From: an uncultured delta proteobacterium
Lineage (GTDB): Bacteria > Desulfobacterota > BSN033 > UBA1163
DNA length: 64,000 nucleotides
NCBI GenBank assembly: GCA_963708295.1
Contig: CAVPSJ010000011.1
Location: 64,001-128,000, forward strand
Direction: 5' to 3'
Positions 29,701-40,023 of this stretch are shown here, one piece after another. Under the pieces are notes generated by a model that ran no database searches, had not been told where the DNA came from, and saw nothing but the letters and a program-made list of their open reading frames with translations. Both the position numbers and the translations under genes were made by a program. Numbering within the stretch: position 1 is the first letter of the stretch; each line of letters starts with the position of its first letter.

Positions 29701-30672
29701 ATGGTCAAGCATTATTTGGAGTTTGAAAAGCCTCTCATTGAACTTGAAAGAGAGATCGAAAATCTGAAGAGGTTCTCTAGAGGAAGGCCGACTCACTTTG
29801 ACGAGCAATTGAAGGGGTTGGAAGAAAAACTCTATCGCCTGCAGCAGGAAATATTCTCTAACTTAACGGGTTGGCAAATTACCCAGTTAGCAAGACATAT
29901 TGATCGACCCAATGCATCCCATTATGTCCAATGGATGTTCGAGAACTTTGTTGAGCTACACGGAGATCGAAACTATCGGGACGACCCGGCGATCATTGGC
30001 GGAATGGCCAGGTTTAATGGCAGGTCGGTAGCCATCATCGCCCATCAAAGGGGAGCAGATGCAAAAGAGATGGCTCATCGGAATTTCGGGATGCCTCATC
30101 CTGAGGGATATCGGAAGGCCCTGAGGTTAATGAAACTGGCGGAGGTATTCAAAAAGCCTATTATTACCATGATAGATACAAAGGGCGCATATCCCGGAAT
30201 AGGTGCCGAAGAGAGGGGACAGGCTGGGGCCATCGCCAGGAATTTAGAAACGATGGCAATTCTCCAAACACCTATTATCGTTATTATCATTGGGGAAGGA
30301 GGGAGTGGAGGTGCCCTGGCTATAGGAGTGGGAGATCGGATTCTGATGCTAGAGTATTCAATTTACTCCGTTATATCGCCCGAGGGATGCGCAGCGATTC
30401 TCTGGAGAGACGGGGAAAAGGGAAAGGTAGAGGCCGCAGAATCTTTGAAATTGACTGCTCCAGACTTATCCAGACTAGGCGTGATCGATGAGATTGTCAA
30501 AGAGCCTCTAGGAGGAGCCCATCGAGACCCGCCCGGAATGGCAAAGCACTTAAAAGAAGTCATCGAGCGACACCTGAAAGAATTGGAAAAAATAGATGGA
30601 GAAGAATTGTTAAACCTCCGATATCAGAAGTTCAGACGGATGGGGACCTTCATTGATGGCGGGATAGGGTAG
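29701..30672 (+). CDS. accA: Acetyl-CoA carboxylase carboxyltransferase alpha subunit
   Basis: LEFEKPL, NFGMPHPEGYRKA, GEGGSGGAL, SPEGCAAIL. Confidence 0.97.
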   Translation: MVKHYLEFEKPLIELEREIENLKRFSRGRPTHFDEQLKGLEEKLYRLQQEIFSNLTGWQITQLARHIDRPNASHYVQWMFENFVELHGDRNYRDDPAIIGGMARFNGRSVAIIAHQRGADAKEMAHRNFGMPHPEGYRKALRLMKLAEVFKKPIITMIDTKGAYPGIGAEERGQAGAIARNLETMAILQTPIIVIIIGEGGSGGALAIGVGDRILMLEYSIYSVISPEGCAAILWRDGEKGKVEAAESLKLTAPDLSRLGVIDEIVKEPLGGAHRDPPGMAKHLKEVIERHLKELEKIDGEELLNLRYQKFRRMGTFIDGGIG

Positions 30673-30686
30673 ATCGAAAAGGGACG

Positions 30687-32432
30687 ATGCCAAGGAAAAT
30701 TCAAGTTTTGCCAGAATCCATTTCACAGGTCATCGCGGCAGGGGAGGTCATTGAGAGACCGGGTTCCGTAGTCAAGGAGTTGATGGAAAACGCGGTAGAT
30801 GCCGGAAGTTCGGAGATCATTGTCGAGTTAAAGTCCGGAGGCCTCCAACTCATTCGTGTGGCGGACAGTGGCGAGGGGATGGATCAGGAGGATGTTCCAT
30901 TCGCCTTTCAAAGATACGCCACCAGCAAAATAGAGAGAGCTGAGGATCTTTACGCCATCCGTACGTTAGGGTTCAGAGGGGAGGCTCTTCCCAGTATTTG
31001 TCAGGTTTCAAGAATGACCCTCCTGACCAGGACGCCCCATTCTATGAGTGGAACGAAGGTGATCTGCGAAGGGGGCGAAATAACGAATATTTCAGAAATA
31101 GGCTGTCCGATCGGAACGGAGGTAGAAGTTCAGCAACTCTTCTATAATATTCCCGTTAAAAGAAAATTTTTGAAGTCGATCCGTTCAGAACTTCGCTCTG
31201 TTCTAAATCATTTTCTCCGTTTGAGTCTTTCTCACCCAGAAATTTCATTTAGATTGATCCATGACGGGCGGACTCTTCATGAATACCCCAAAACGGAAAT
31301 TCCTTTGGTCCGAATCGAAGCCATTCTTGGAAAGGAAACCTATTCTCAGCTCCTGCCCGTAGGATTCGAAGACGGAGGAGTCCGAATATCGGGATTTGCC
31401 AGCCTCCCATCCCTCACAAGAAGAAATGCGGAGTCCATTTTCTTCTATGTCAACCAGCGATTTATCAAAGACCGGGTAATCTATAAAGCCATCATGGACG
31501 CCTATCGCCGTATTCTCCCCAACCACCAATTTCCTGTAGTCATCCTCTACATCTCTCTCCCGCCCTCCGCCGTTGATGTAAATGTCCACCCGACCAAAGC
31601 TGAGGTAAAATTTCAGAATCCGGATAGGGTGTTCCAGGCTGTTCTCACAGCCGTTCGAATCGCGCTCGAGGAAGGGCCCCTCCGGCTTGAAAAAATCGCT
31701 CCTGAAAGAAACGAGGCGGACCGGTTTCTTCAGAAGAACCTCCTCGAAATTGGGCGTGAAAGTCTTATACCGTCTTCCTATTTTGCGGACGGAAAGGAGG
31801 GGGCGGCTCTTATCGCTCGTGAGAGAGAAGGACTTCCTTGGAAAAGAGGGGAGAAATGGCCCTATACCGTCCTCGGGCAGATTCAAGGGACCTATATTCT
31901 CTGCGAGGGAGGAGGGAATTTAATCTTTATCGATCAGCATGCCGCCCATGAGAGGATTCTTTTTGAAAAATTTAAGAGCGAATACGAAGACAGGTCGATC
32001 ATTTCTGAAAAATTACTCCTTCCTATCCTCCTTGAGTTGTCTGCGGAAGAGTCATATATCCTCGAATCATCCCAGGAGGTATTGAAGGAGATTGGATTTG
32101 AAATCGAGGCTGTTGGCGAAAAGCTCTTTGCCATTCGATCCCTCCCGTCCTTTATTGATCAACGGGACCCAAAAGAATTCGTCAGAGAGGTATTGGATGA
32201 ACTTTCTTTTTTAGAGAAAGGGGGCAAGGGCGACGAGGCACTCCATAGGCTTTTGGTCACGTTGGCTTGCCATTCTGCCGTGCGAGCGAATTTTCTATTG
32301 AAAAGGGAGGAGATCGATCGGTTGGTGGAAGATCTCATTCCCTTCCCTCCTTCAACCACCTGTCCTCATGGACGGCCTGTGTTCTTCATTCTCCCCGTTG
32401 ATGAATTAGGAAAACAGTTCAAAAGAAAGTGA
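30687..32432 (+). CDS. mutL: DNA mismatch repair protein MutL
   Basis: IAAGEVIERP, GFRGEAL, DVNVHPTK, DQHAAHER, CPHGRP. Confidence 0.97.
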   Translation: MPRKIQVLPESISQVIAAGEVIERPGSVVKELMENAVDAGSSEIIVELKSGGLQLIRVADSGEGMDQEDVPFAFQRYATSKIERAEDLYAIRTLGFRGEALPSICQVSRMTLLTRTPHSMSGTKVICEGGEITNISEIGCPIGTEVEVQQLFYNIPVKRKFLKSIRSELRSVLNHFLRLSLSHPEISFRLIHDGRTLHEYPKTEIPLVRIEAILGKETYSQLLPVGFEDGGVRISGFASLPSLTRRNAESIFFYVNQRFIKDRVIYKAIMDAYRRILPNHQFPVVILYISLPPSAVDVNVHPTKAEVKFQNPDRVFQAVLTAVRIALEEGPLRLEKIAPERNEADRFLQKNLLEIGRESLIPSSYFADGKEGAALIAREREGLPWKRGEKWPYTVLGQIQGTYILCEGGGNLIFIDQHAAHERILFEKFKSEYEDRSIISEKLLLPILLELSAEESYILESSQEVLKEIGFEIEAVGEKLFAIRSLPSFIDQRDPKEFVREVLDELSFLEKGGKGDEALHRLLVTLACHSAVRANFLLKREEIDRLVEDLIPFPPSTTCPHGRPVFFILPVDELGKQFKRK

Positions 32433-32484
32433 CCAGGACCTAATCGGGATCTTGAATTTAGGGAACAATTGCGCCCGCTGGCAT

Positions 32485-33885
32485 TCAGGCTAGATCCGAA
32501 TCCGATCCGTGATTCAATCCGTATTTTTCCAAACGATAACGCATGGATCGGAAATTGATATGCAAAAGCTCTGCTGCCTTCTTTTTTATCCCCTTGGTTC
32601 TATCCAACGCTTTCAGAAGGAGCGTCCTTTCAAGGTCCTCCACCATCCTTTCCAGATCAATTCCCTCGCTCGGGATTTCGATGTCAATCGCTCCTTTCTT
32701 TTGAAGAGGTTGCTCACTTAAGTACGAACTCAGGTTGTGTGCGGTGAGATCTGAACTACTCTCTAGAGCGACCGCCCTTTCAATTATATTTTGGAGCTCT
32801 CTCACGTTCCCTGGATATTCGTAATTCATCAGGATTTGGATTGCCTCCGGAGAGATCTTCGAAATGTTCTTGCTCAACTCCTGAGAATACTTTTTCAAGA
32901 AATGGTTAGCCAGAGTCTGAATATCTTCTCTTCGGTCTCTGAGGGGTGGGAGTTTGATCTGAATGACATTGAGGCGGTAAAATAAATCCTCACGAAAGTG
33001 CTTTTCCTTTACGGCCTCTTCGAGTTCTTTATTCGTGGCCGCGATGATTCGAACATCCACCCGGATGTCTTCCGTGCCTCCCACTCTTTTGAATTCTTTA
33101 TCTTGCAGCACCCTTAATAATTTCACCTGCATGAGGAGGGGAAGTTCGCTGATTTCGTCTAAAAAAATCGTTCCCTCATCCGCCACTTCAAACAATCCCT
33201 TCTTGGTGGCGATGGCATCGGTAAACGCCCCTTTCATGTGACCAAAGAGTTCACTTTCAATCAGGGATTCGGGAATGGCGCCACAATTCAATGTGACGAA
33301 GGGTTTGTCCTTACGGGGACTATTATAATGGATTGCCTTTGCTACGAGTTCTTTACCCGTTCCGCTTTCTCCGGTTATCAAAATATTTGTCTTGGTGGGA
33401 GAGACTTTTTCCAAGAGGTCGTACAGCGTCACCATTTTTGGGCTTTGCCCGATGATATTTCCAAAATGGAAACGGTCTCTGACCGCCTGCTTCAAAAGTG
33501 TGTTCTCTTTTTGAAGATTCTTCTTTTCCAGCGCGTTTTTGATAATCAACTTGATCTCTTCTACTTTGAAGGGCTTCGTGATATAGTCATAGGCCCCTTC
33601 CTTCATGGCTTTGATGGCCGTATCCGCAGAAGCATAAGCCGTGATCATGATAACGATGGTTTCTGGAGCGTTCACCTTAATTTTTTTTAATGAGGAGATA
33701 CCATCCAGCTTGGGCATGCGGATATCGAGAAGAACCAGGTCAAAAACATCACTTTCAACCAGTTTGACAACTTCTTCTCCGTTCGACGCGAGTGAAACCT
33801 TATACCCCTCTTTTTTCAGCATGATGTCTAGAAATTCCCTCATGCTTTGCTCGTCATCAGCCACCAAGATTTTGTCTTTGATCAT
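32485..33885 (-). CDS. pilR: Sigma54-dependent response regulator (PilR-like)
   Basis: REC domain, GESGTGKE, GAFTDA, FIS-type HTH; downstream of pilS. Confidence 0.85.
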   Translation of the reverse strand: MIKDKILVADDEQSMREFLDIMLKKEGYKVSLASNGEEVVKLVESDVFDLVLLDIRMPKLDGISSLKKIKVNAPETIVIMITAYASADTAIKAMKEGAYDYITKPFKVEEIKLIIKNALEKKNLQKENTLLKQAVRDRFHFGNIIGQSPKMVTLYDLLEKVSPTKTNILITGESGTGKELVAKAIHYNSPRKDKPFVTLNCGAIPESLIESELFGHMKGAFTDAIATKKGLFEVADEGTIFLDEISELPLLMQVKLLRVLQDKEFKRVGGTEDIRVDVRIIAATNKELEEAVKEKHFREDLFYRLNVIQIKLPPLRDRREDIQTLANHFLKKYSQELSKNISKISPEAIQILMNYEYPGNVRELQNIIERAVALESSSDLTAHNLSSYLSEQPLQKKGAIDIEIPSEGIDLERMVEDLERTLLLKALDRTKGIKKKAAELLHINFRSMRYRLEKYGLNHGSDSDLA

Positions 33886-33899
33886 TCCGGTTTCCTTTT

Positions 33900-35600
33900 C
33901 TATTCAGCTGGAAGATAGATGATAAAGCTGGACCCTTTGCCCAACTCGCTTTCCACCCTGATCAAGCCGTTGTGATTTTCGATGATTCTGTGGACGATTG
34001 AAAGGCCCAATCCGGTTCCATTTTCTTTCGTCGTAAAAAAGGGTTCAAAAATCTTCTCCTTGTCTTCTTGAGCCATGCCGTGTCCAGAATCGATGATTGA
34101 AATTCTTGTCCATTCCTTCCCCCCCAACGGATAGGAGAGAGGAAGGCTGGTGACGCCCCCTTTCCCCAGCTGAACTTGAATTTCTCCCGGATCGGACATC
34201 GACTGGGCCGCGTTAAGCAAAAGGTTCCAGAACACTTGCTTCATTTGATCGGGGTCTACCGAGGCGTATACATCTTCCCCGTTGCTTGGCAGGCGAATAT
34301 GAATCCCCTCGTGATAGGAAGGAGAATGGACGAACAGATCCAGAGTGTCTTCGAGAATGCCCCTCATGGGGCACTTCATCTTGCGCGTTTGAGGAGGTTG
34401 CGCGAAAAGTAGAAAGTCTGTGATTAAGGCATTGAGCCTCTCTGATTCCCTCAGGGTGATTTGCATGAGACGTTCTTGGTGGTTATCTAAGGTGAGATCG
34501 CTTTTTAACATTTGAATCGACCCGCTGAGGGAAGCCAGCGGGTTTCTGATCTCATGGGCCATCCCGGCAGCTAAGACTCCGACGGCCGCCATCTTGTCCA
34601 CTCGCTTCATTTCTTCTTCCATCTCTTTAAATCTTGTGATGTCTTGAAAAATAAGCGTATGGCCGATTAATGATCCCTCCGGATCGGTCAGTGGAGAGAT
34701 CGAAAACCCGAGATAAATTCTTCCCCCGTCTTGATTGAACAAAAGAGTTTCATAACGTTGATAGTCGGAGGAGGGCGCCGAAATCTTTTCTCTTGCTTCC
34801 TCGATCGTCTGATTGATATTTGGAAACAGGGGATAGATAGAAGTATTTTTCAGGCTTTCTTCAGTCCGGTTTAGTATTTTCTCGCCTGTTCGATTTAGAA
34901 ATTTAACGTTTCCACAAAGGTCAAGCGTCAGTAAGCCGCTGTCCAAACTCTGAATGATATTCCGATTGAATATCTCTAATTGGTTGTAATCTACCTGTTT
35001 CTGGATCAGTTCTTTTCCTTTTTTCCTCAACTCTTCTGATATCGCGCTGCTGAGAAAGGCGACAATGTAAAAAGTAGCCATATAAATAATCAACGTATGA
35101 AAGACTTGGCTGGCGTCATAAAGAGCAGGTTCGCCCAGGGGATTGATCCAGTGATAAAGTTGGAACAACAAAAGGAGGCCAAAGAGCAGCGATGAGAGGG
35201 ATGCCGAAAAGAGCGCCCCCCGCCTATAAAAAATCATGCTGCTTGCTATAATCGAAAAGATATAGGCGATAGGGAAAAAGCTTTCTTTTCCGCCAGTAAA
35301 AAAAATCAAACCGGTGATAAAAAGCAGATCGATGATAATTTGGGAAAATGTGAATCGGTAGAGGTTTTTGATCTTCCGCAAAAAAAACGCATAAACGATC
35401 GTTACCAGGTAAAAAAAGCCGATAAAATAGTAGAATTTGTTAGTCAAAGGGATGAAAAAGTATTTCTTCTCAGAAAGTTGGAAAAACAAGGTAATGGTAA
35501 GGAGAAGGGTAAGGATGATGACACGACCCAACATCAACCCCTTGACATTTCTTGACATCTTTGAGGGTGTATCAAGTGAAAGGGTTAAATTTGTGTCCAT
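33900..35600 (-). CDS. pilS: Sensor histidine kinase (PilS-like)
   Basis: About 6 TM helices, PAS domain, AHEIRNPL, FFTTKENGTGLGL; lies in the pil operon. Confidence 0.85.
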   Translation of the reverse strand: MDTNLTLSLDTPSKMSRNVKGLMLGRVIILTLLLTITLFFQLSEKKYFFIPLTNKFYYFIGFFYLVTIVYAFFLRKIKNLYRFTFSQIIIDLLFITGLIFFTGGKESFFPIAYIFSIIASSMIFYRRGALFSASLSSLLFGLLLLFQLYHWINPLGEPALYDASQVFHTLIIYMATFYIVAFLSSAISEELRKKGKELIQKQVDYNQLEIFNRNIIQSLDSGLLTLDLCGNVKFLNRTGEKILNRTEESLKNTSIYPLFPNINQTIEEAREKISAPSSDYQRYETLLFNQDGGRIYLGFSISPLTDPEGSLIGHTLIFQDITRFKEMEEEMKRVDKMAAVGVLAAGMAHEIRNPLASLSGSIQMLKSDLTLDNHQERLMQITLRESERLNALITDFLLFAQPPQTRKMKCPMRGILEDTLDLFVHSPSYHEGIHIRLPSNGEDVYASVDPDQMKQVFWNLLLNAAQSMSDPGEIQVQLGKGGVTSLPLSYPLGGKEWTRISIIDSGHGMAQEDKEKIFEPFFTTKENGTGLGLSIVHRIIENHNGLIRVESELGKGSSFIIYLPAE

Positions 35601-35640
35601 TCCATCCCACTATTTAACAGGATATCGAACAAGAAGAACG

Positions 35641-36846
35641 CTAACCCACTGCAGAGGCCATGTTGAAAATGGGAAGATACATGGCAATCACGACGCCTCC
35701 GATGACGATTCCCAGGAAGATCATGAGAAGCGGTTCGAGCAGGGCGGTCAAATTGGACACCGCCACATCCACTTCATCCTCATAAAATTCTGCAATTTTC
35801 GACAACATGGAGTCCAAGGCTCCTGTAGATTCTCCGACTGCGATCATCTGGATAACCATGGGCGGAAAAAGAGAACTTCGGCCCAAGGGCTCTGCAATGG
35901 TTTCACCTTCCCGAATGCTGGCTCTCGCATTCATAATGGCCGTTTCGATCGCTCTGTTTCCTGAAGTTCGAGAAACAATACTCAATCCGTCTAAGATGGG
36001 AACCCCGCTGCTGACAAGGGTTCCTAATGTCCGTGAGAACCGCGCCACAGCAATCTTTCTAAATAACGGTCCAAAAACGGGCAACCTTAAAAGGAGGCGG
36101 TCAACGACCGCCCTTCCGCTGTCTGTCTTGTAATATCTCTTAAACAGAATAACCAAGAGAATGAGGGCAGGGATGATGAAAATGATATATTTCTTAACCA
36201 TTCTACTCATTCCAAGAACGATCACCGTCGGGAGAGGTAACGATTGGCCCGCCCCTGAAAACATCGTTTCAAAGACAGGGATCACGAAGATCATCAAGAT
36301 AATGACCACAGCGACAGCCACGGTCACAATCGTCGCCGGGTAGATGAGTGCTGATTTAACCTTCTTTTTCAGAGCCTCTGCCTTTTCTATGTAGGTTGCC
36401 AGGCGGCCTAAAATCGTGTCTAAAATTCCTCCCTCCTCACCTGCGACGACCAGGTTCGTATACAATTCATTGAAGGTTACGGGATGTTTTTTAAGGGCTC
36501 CCGCAAAGGTGGAGCCTCCCTCCACATCTTCTCTGATTTCTCTAATAATATTCTTAAAAAGTGTGGTTTCTTGTTGTTGAGACAGAACTTCCAGGGATTG
36601 GACTAAGGGTAATCCGGCATCGATCATTGTAGCCAGCTGTCGGGTAAAAACAGCGACCGCTCGTTGCTGTACTTTCTTCTTATACAGCAACGGAATGGTG
36701 ATCTCTTTTGCCTTGGAACTAATACCGGTCGGGATGATATTCTGTTGTCGAAGATGAATTCGGATCGCCGCCTCACTGGGAGCTTCCATCTCTCCCTTTT
36801 TAACAACTCCTTTTGCTGTCTTCCCTTCCCATTTATAAATTGGCAT
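35641..36846 (-). CDS. pilC: Type IV pilus inner membrane platform protein
   Basis: T2SSF domains: FTRQLATMIDAGLPL, AGEEGG, GESTGALD. Confidence 0.95.
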   Translation of the reverse strand: MPIYKWEGKTAKGVVKKGEMEAPSEAAIRIHLRQQNIIPTGISSKAKEITIPLLYKKKVQQRAVAVFTRQLATMIDAGLPLVQSLEVLSQQQETTLFKNIIREIREDVEGGSTFAGALKKHPVTFNELYTNLVVAGEEGGILDTILGRLATYIEKAEALKKKVKSALIYPATIVTVAVAVVIILMIFVIPVFETMFSGAGQSLPLPTVIVLGMSRMVKKYIIFIIPALILLVILFKRYYKTDSGRAVVDRLLLRLPVFGPLFRKIAVARFSRTLGTLVSSGVPILDGLSIVSRTSGNRAIETAIMNARASIREGETIAEPLGRSSLFPPMVIQMIAVGESTGALDSMLSKIAEFYEDEVDVAVSNLTALLEPLLMIFLGIVIGGVVIAMYLPIFNMASAVG

Positions 36847-36869
36847 ATTCTATTCCTTTCCTGATCAGC

Positions 36870-37976
36870 TTATGCGGTTCGCATCGGTCTTTCCTTCTTT
36901 GCCATCCCGGAGCCAGAAGTGGAAAGCATCTGTCGAAATTCATCCAGATTATGACTTCGTTCCATGGCATCCTCTAAAGAGATTAGATGACGTTCTACGA
37001 GTGAAAGAAGAGCCTGGTTCATCGTTTGCATTCCGAATTTTGCCTGCCCAACCTGCATCTGAGAGTAGATTTGTTGAATTTTATCCTCCCGAATAAGGTT
37101 TCGAATTGCCGGGTTTGGAAACATCACCTCCATGGCTAAAGCACGCCCTTTTCCTCCTACTCTTGGAATGAGCTGTTGGGCTAGCACTCCTTCCAAGACA
37201 AAGGAAAGCTGCGTCCGAATTTGGGTTTGCTGATGGGAAGGAAAGACATCGATGATCCGATTGATCGTTTCCACGCAGGAATTCGTGTGTAAGGTGGCAA
37301 ATGTCAAATGGCCTGTTTCTGCGCAAATAAGGGCTGCCTCAATCGTTTCCAGATCCCTCATCTCTCCGATGAGAATGATGTCCGGGTCCTGACGGAGGAT
37401 GTGGCGAAGGGCTGCCGTGAAACTTTTTGTGTCTTGGTTCACCTCTCTTTGATTAACGATACAGCTTTTGTGGCGGTGAAGATATTCGATCGGATCTTCC
37501 ACGGTCACGATATGAGCGCTTTTTTCAGTATTGATCTTGTCAATCATGGCAGCTAAGGTCGTGGATTTCCCGGTTCCCGTCGGTCCTGTTACGAGTACGA
37601 GACCCTTGGGCTTCTTGAGCAAATCAGTGGCCGCAGGAGGAACTCCCAATTCAGAAAAATTAAGGATCTCGAAGGGAATGGCTCGGAAGGCCCCTGCAAC
37701 GGCACCCCGTTGCATAAACATATTCCCTCTGAATCGGCTTAATCCTTTAATTCCAAAGGAGAAATCAAATTCCCAATCTTCCTCAAACTTGTGCCGCTGA
37801 GCATCGGTCAATACGCTGTAACAGAGTCTTTTTGTATCGGTTGCTGACAAGACGGTATCATCTAAGCCGACCAGCTTTCCGTCAATCCGAAATTGAGGAG
37901 TTGCCCCAGTGGTAATGTGTAAATCGGAGGCTTTTTTCTCAATAACGATCTCAAGTAATTTCTGCAGTTCTAACAT
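36870..37976 (-). CDS. pilT: Type IV pilus retraction ATPase
   Basis: GPTGTGKSTT, EDPIEY, LRQDPD, AETGH, AIRNLIRE. Confidence 0.96.
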   Translation of the reverse strand: MLELQKLLEIVIEKKASDLHITTGATPQFRIDGKLVGLDDTVLSATDTKRLCYSVLTDAQRHKFEEDWEFDFSFGIKGLSRFRGNMFMQRGAVAGAFRAIPFEILNFSELGVPPAATDLLKKPKGLVLVTGPTGTGKSTTLAAMIDKINTEKSAHIVTVEDPIEYLHRHKSCIVNQREVNQDTKSFTAALRHILRQDPDIILIGEMRDLETIEAALICAETGHLTFATLHTNSCVETINRIIDVFPSHQQTQIRTQLSFVLEGVLAQQLIPRVGGKGRALAMEVMFPNPAIRNLIREDKIQQIYSQMQVGQAKFGMQTMNQALLSLVERHLISLEDAMERSHNLDEFRQMLSTSGSGMAKKERPMRTA

Positions 37977-38008
37977 ATTTCCATTCCTCCCATTATTCCT
38001 TTAGTAAA

Positions 38009-39808
38009 TCATCGATCTTCCATGGTTGACCGAAGGACCTCCTCAATGGTCGTCATCCCTTCCTTAATCTTGGAGATTCCACTTTGTCGCAATGTTTTCA
38101 TTCCTAAACGGATAGCTTCTTTCTTAACTTCAGAGGTGGAGGCCCGGGACAAGACAAGCTCTTTAACCTCTTCTTTCATGGGCATGACTTCATACAGCCC
38201 GACCCTGCCCTTGTATCCGGTATTGTTGCAAAGGGAGCATCCCTTCCCCTTGTAAACCTGGAAGGACTTGACTTCGTCGGGTGGAATTCCCAAATCGATT
38301 AGAAGTTGAGGATGGACTTTGATGGGCTCCTTGCATTCCGGGCAAACCTTACGGATTAACCTTTGGGCAAGTATTAAGACGATGGCTGAGGAGATTAAGA
38401 AGGGCTCGATTCCCATGTCAATGAGTCTTGAAATCGTCCCAGGCGCGTCGTTGGTGTGAACGGTGCTGAGGACAAGGTGTCCGGTAAGAGCCGCCTGGAC
38501 CGCGATCTGAGCTGTTTCAAAATCACGAATCTCACCGACCATGATGATGTCAGGGTCCTGCCGAAGGAAGGACCGGAGAGCAGAAGCAAAAGTTAGCCCA
38601 ATCTCTTCGTGCATTTGGACCTGATTGATCCCCATAAAGTTATATTCAATCGGGTCTTCAGCCGTAATAATATTCTCAGATTCTTTATTCAGCTCGGATA
38701 AAGCAGAATAGAGAGTGGTCGTCTTTCCACTTCCGGTGGGACCGGTCACCAGAATCATCCCAACAGGCTTGTGAATGGCCGCCTTGAGATCAGCCAGGGA
38801 AGATTCTTCAAATCCCAGCTTTGTCATATCCAGTTGTAGGGCAGATTTATCCAATAGGCGAAGGACAACTTTCTCACCATAAAGGACAGGGATGCTAGAG
38901 ACCCGAAAGTCCATTTCCCGTCCTTTTCCCATTCGTAACTTGATTCTTCCATCCTGGGGAAGTCGCTTTTCAGCAATATCGAGTTTCGCCATAATCTTTA
39001 GGCGTGAAGTCATTGCATTTTTGATCTGAATAGGGAGTGCCATATCCCGCTTCAACACGCCGTCAAGTCGGTATCTGACCCGAAAAGTCCTTTCGTAAGG
39101 TTCAAAATGAATATCGCTTGCTCCCAATTTTATCGCCTTGATCAGGATTCCGTTGACGATCTTGATGATCGGACCCTGCATATCGATCGTCTCATCTGAA
39201 TTTTGCTCAGCTTCGACGACTTCCACATTATCCACGGCCCCGTGGACCAGCTTGTCAAAATCATCCACATCGACGATATCGTCGTCAAGCATGATGCCAT
39301 CTCCGGAGGCGTTGTTTTTTCCATCCTCCAAGTCAAAATCACTGGACTGAAAGGAGATCGTTCCCAATCCGGCAACGCTTCCGCCCCCGCCGTAATATTT
39401 TTTGACTGCATCAATAATCTCCGTTTCTGAAGCCACTACGGGTTCTACATTGAAGCCGGTCATGAATTTGATTTCATCGATCACGACAATATTACTGGGG
39501 TCAACCATCGCCACCGTCAATTTAGGACCCGTCCGGTTGATGGGGATGATAAAATACTTCTTCGAAATGCTGGGTGGAACCAATTTGATCACACTGGGAT
39601 TGATCTCCATCTTCGAAATCTTTACGGATGGAACCCTATATTGCGCACTGAGAAAGGACAGTAATTCGTCCTCCTTGATATATCCTAGCCTGACCAGATT
39701 TGATTCTAAACGCCCTCCCTTTAACTTTTGTTCGTCTATGGCCTTCTTGAGTTGCTCCGGAGTGATGAAATTTCTTTTTATGAGAAGTTCACCTAATCGT
39801 TCTGCCAA
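38009..39808 (-). CDS. pilB: Type IV pilus assembly ATPase with N-terminal MshEN domain
   Basis: RLGELL..ITPEQL; ASDIHFEP; GPTGSGKTT; CPEC/CSLC Zn motif; TTG start. Confidence 0.96.
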   Translation of the reverse strand: MAERLGELLIKRNFITPEQLKKAIDEQKLKGGRLESNLVRLGYIKEDELLSFLSAQYRVPSVKISKMEINPSVIKLVPPSISKKYFIIPINRTGPKLTVAMVDPSNIVVIDEIKFMTGFNVEPVVASETEIIDAVKKYYGGGGSVAGLGTISFQSSDFDLEDGKNNASGDGIMLDDDIVDVDDFDKLVHGAVDNVEVVEAEQNSDETIDMQGPIIKIVNGILIKAIKLGASDIHFEPYERTFRVRYRLDGVLKRDMALPIQIKNAMTSRLKIMAKLDIAEKRLPQDGRIKLRMGKGREMDFRVSSIPVLYGEKVVLRLLDKSALQLDMTKLGFEESSLADLKAAIHKPVGMILVTGPTGSGKTTTLYSALSELNKESENIITAEDPIEYNFMGINQVQMHEEIGLTFASALRSFLRQDPDIIMVGEIRDFETAQIAVQAALTGHLVLSTVHTNDAPGTISRLIDMGIEPFLISSAIVLILAQRLIRKVCPECKEPIKVHPQLLIDLGIPPDEVKSFQVYKGKGCSLCNNTGYKGRVGLYEVMPMKEEVKELVLSRASTSEVKKEAIRLGMKTLRQSGISKIKEGMTTIEEVLRSTMEDR

Positions 39809-39887
39809 ATCTTGCTCCCTCCTAACTTTTCGGAATAACTTAGAATATTAAAGCAGATAATTTCTTGTCAAGAGTAAAATAGTGTGT

Positions 39888-39903
39888 AGCAAAATGAGTG
39901 CCA
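39888..39903 (-). promoter_or_regulatory. Sigma54 promoter of the pilB operon
   Basis: Reverse complement TGGCAC-TCATT-TTGCT. Confidence 0.8.
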
Positions 39904-40023
39904 ATTTTTGCCTACGTTCAATTCATTGAATTTTATAAGATTTAATTTTACCCAGGATGTCTGACTTACAAAATAGTGCATAAAAAAGGCGAAGGTGGGT
40001 AATAATTAGCCAATTTCAAGTCA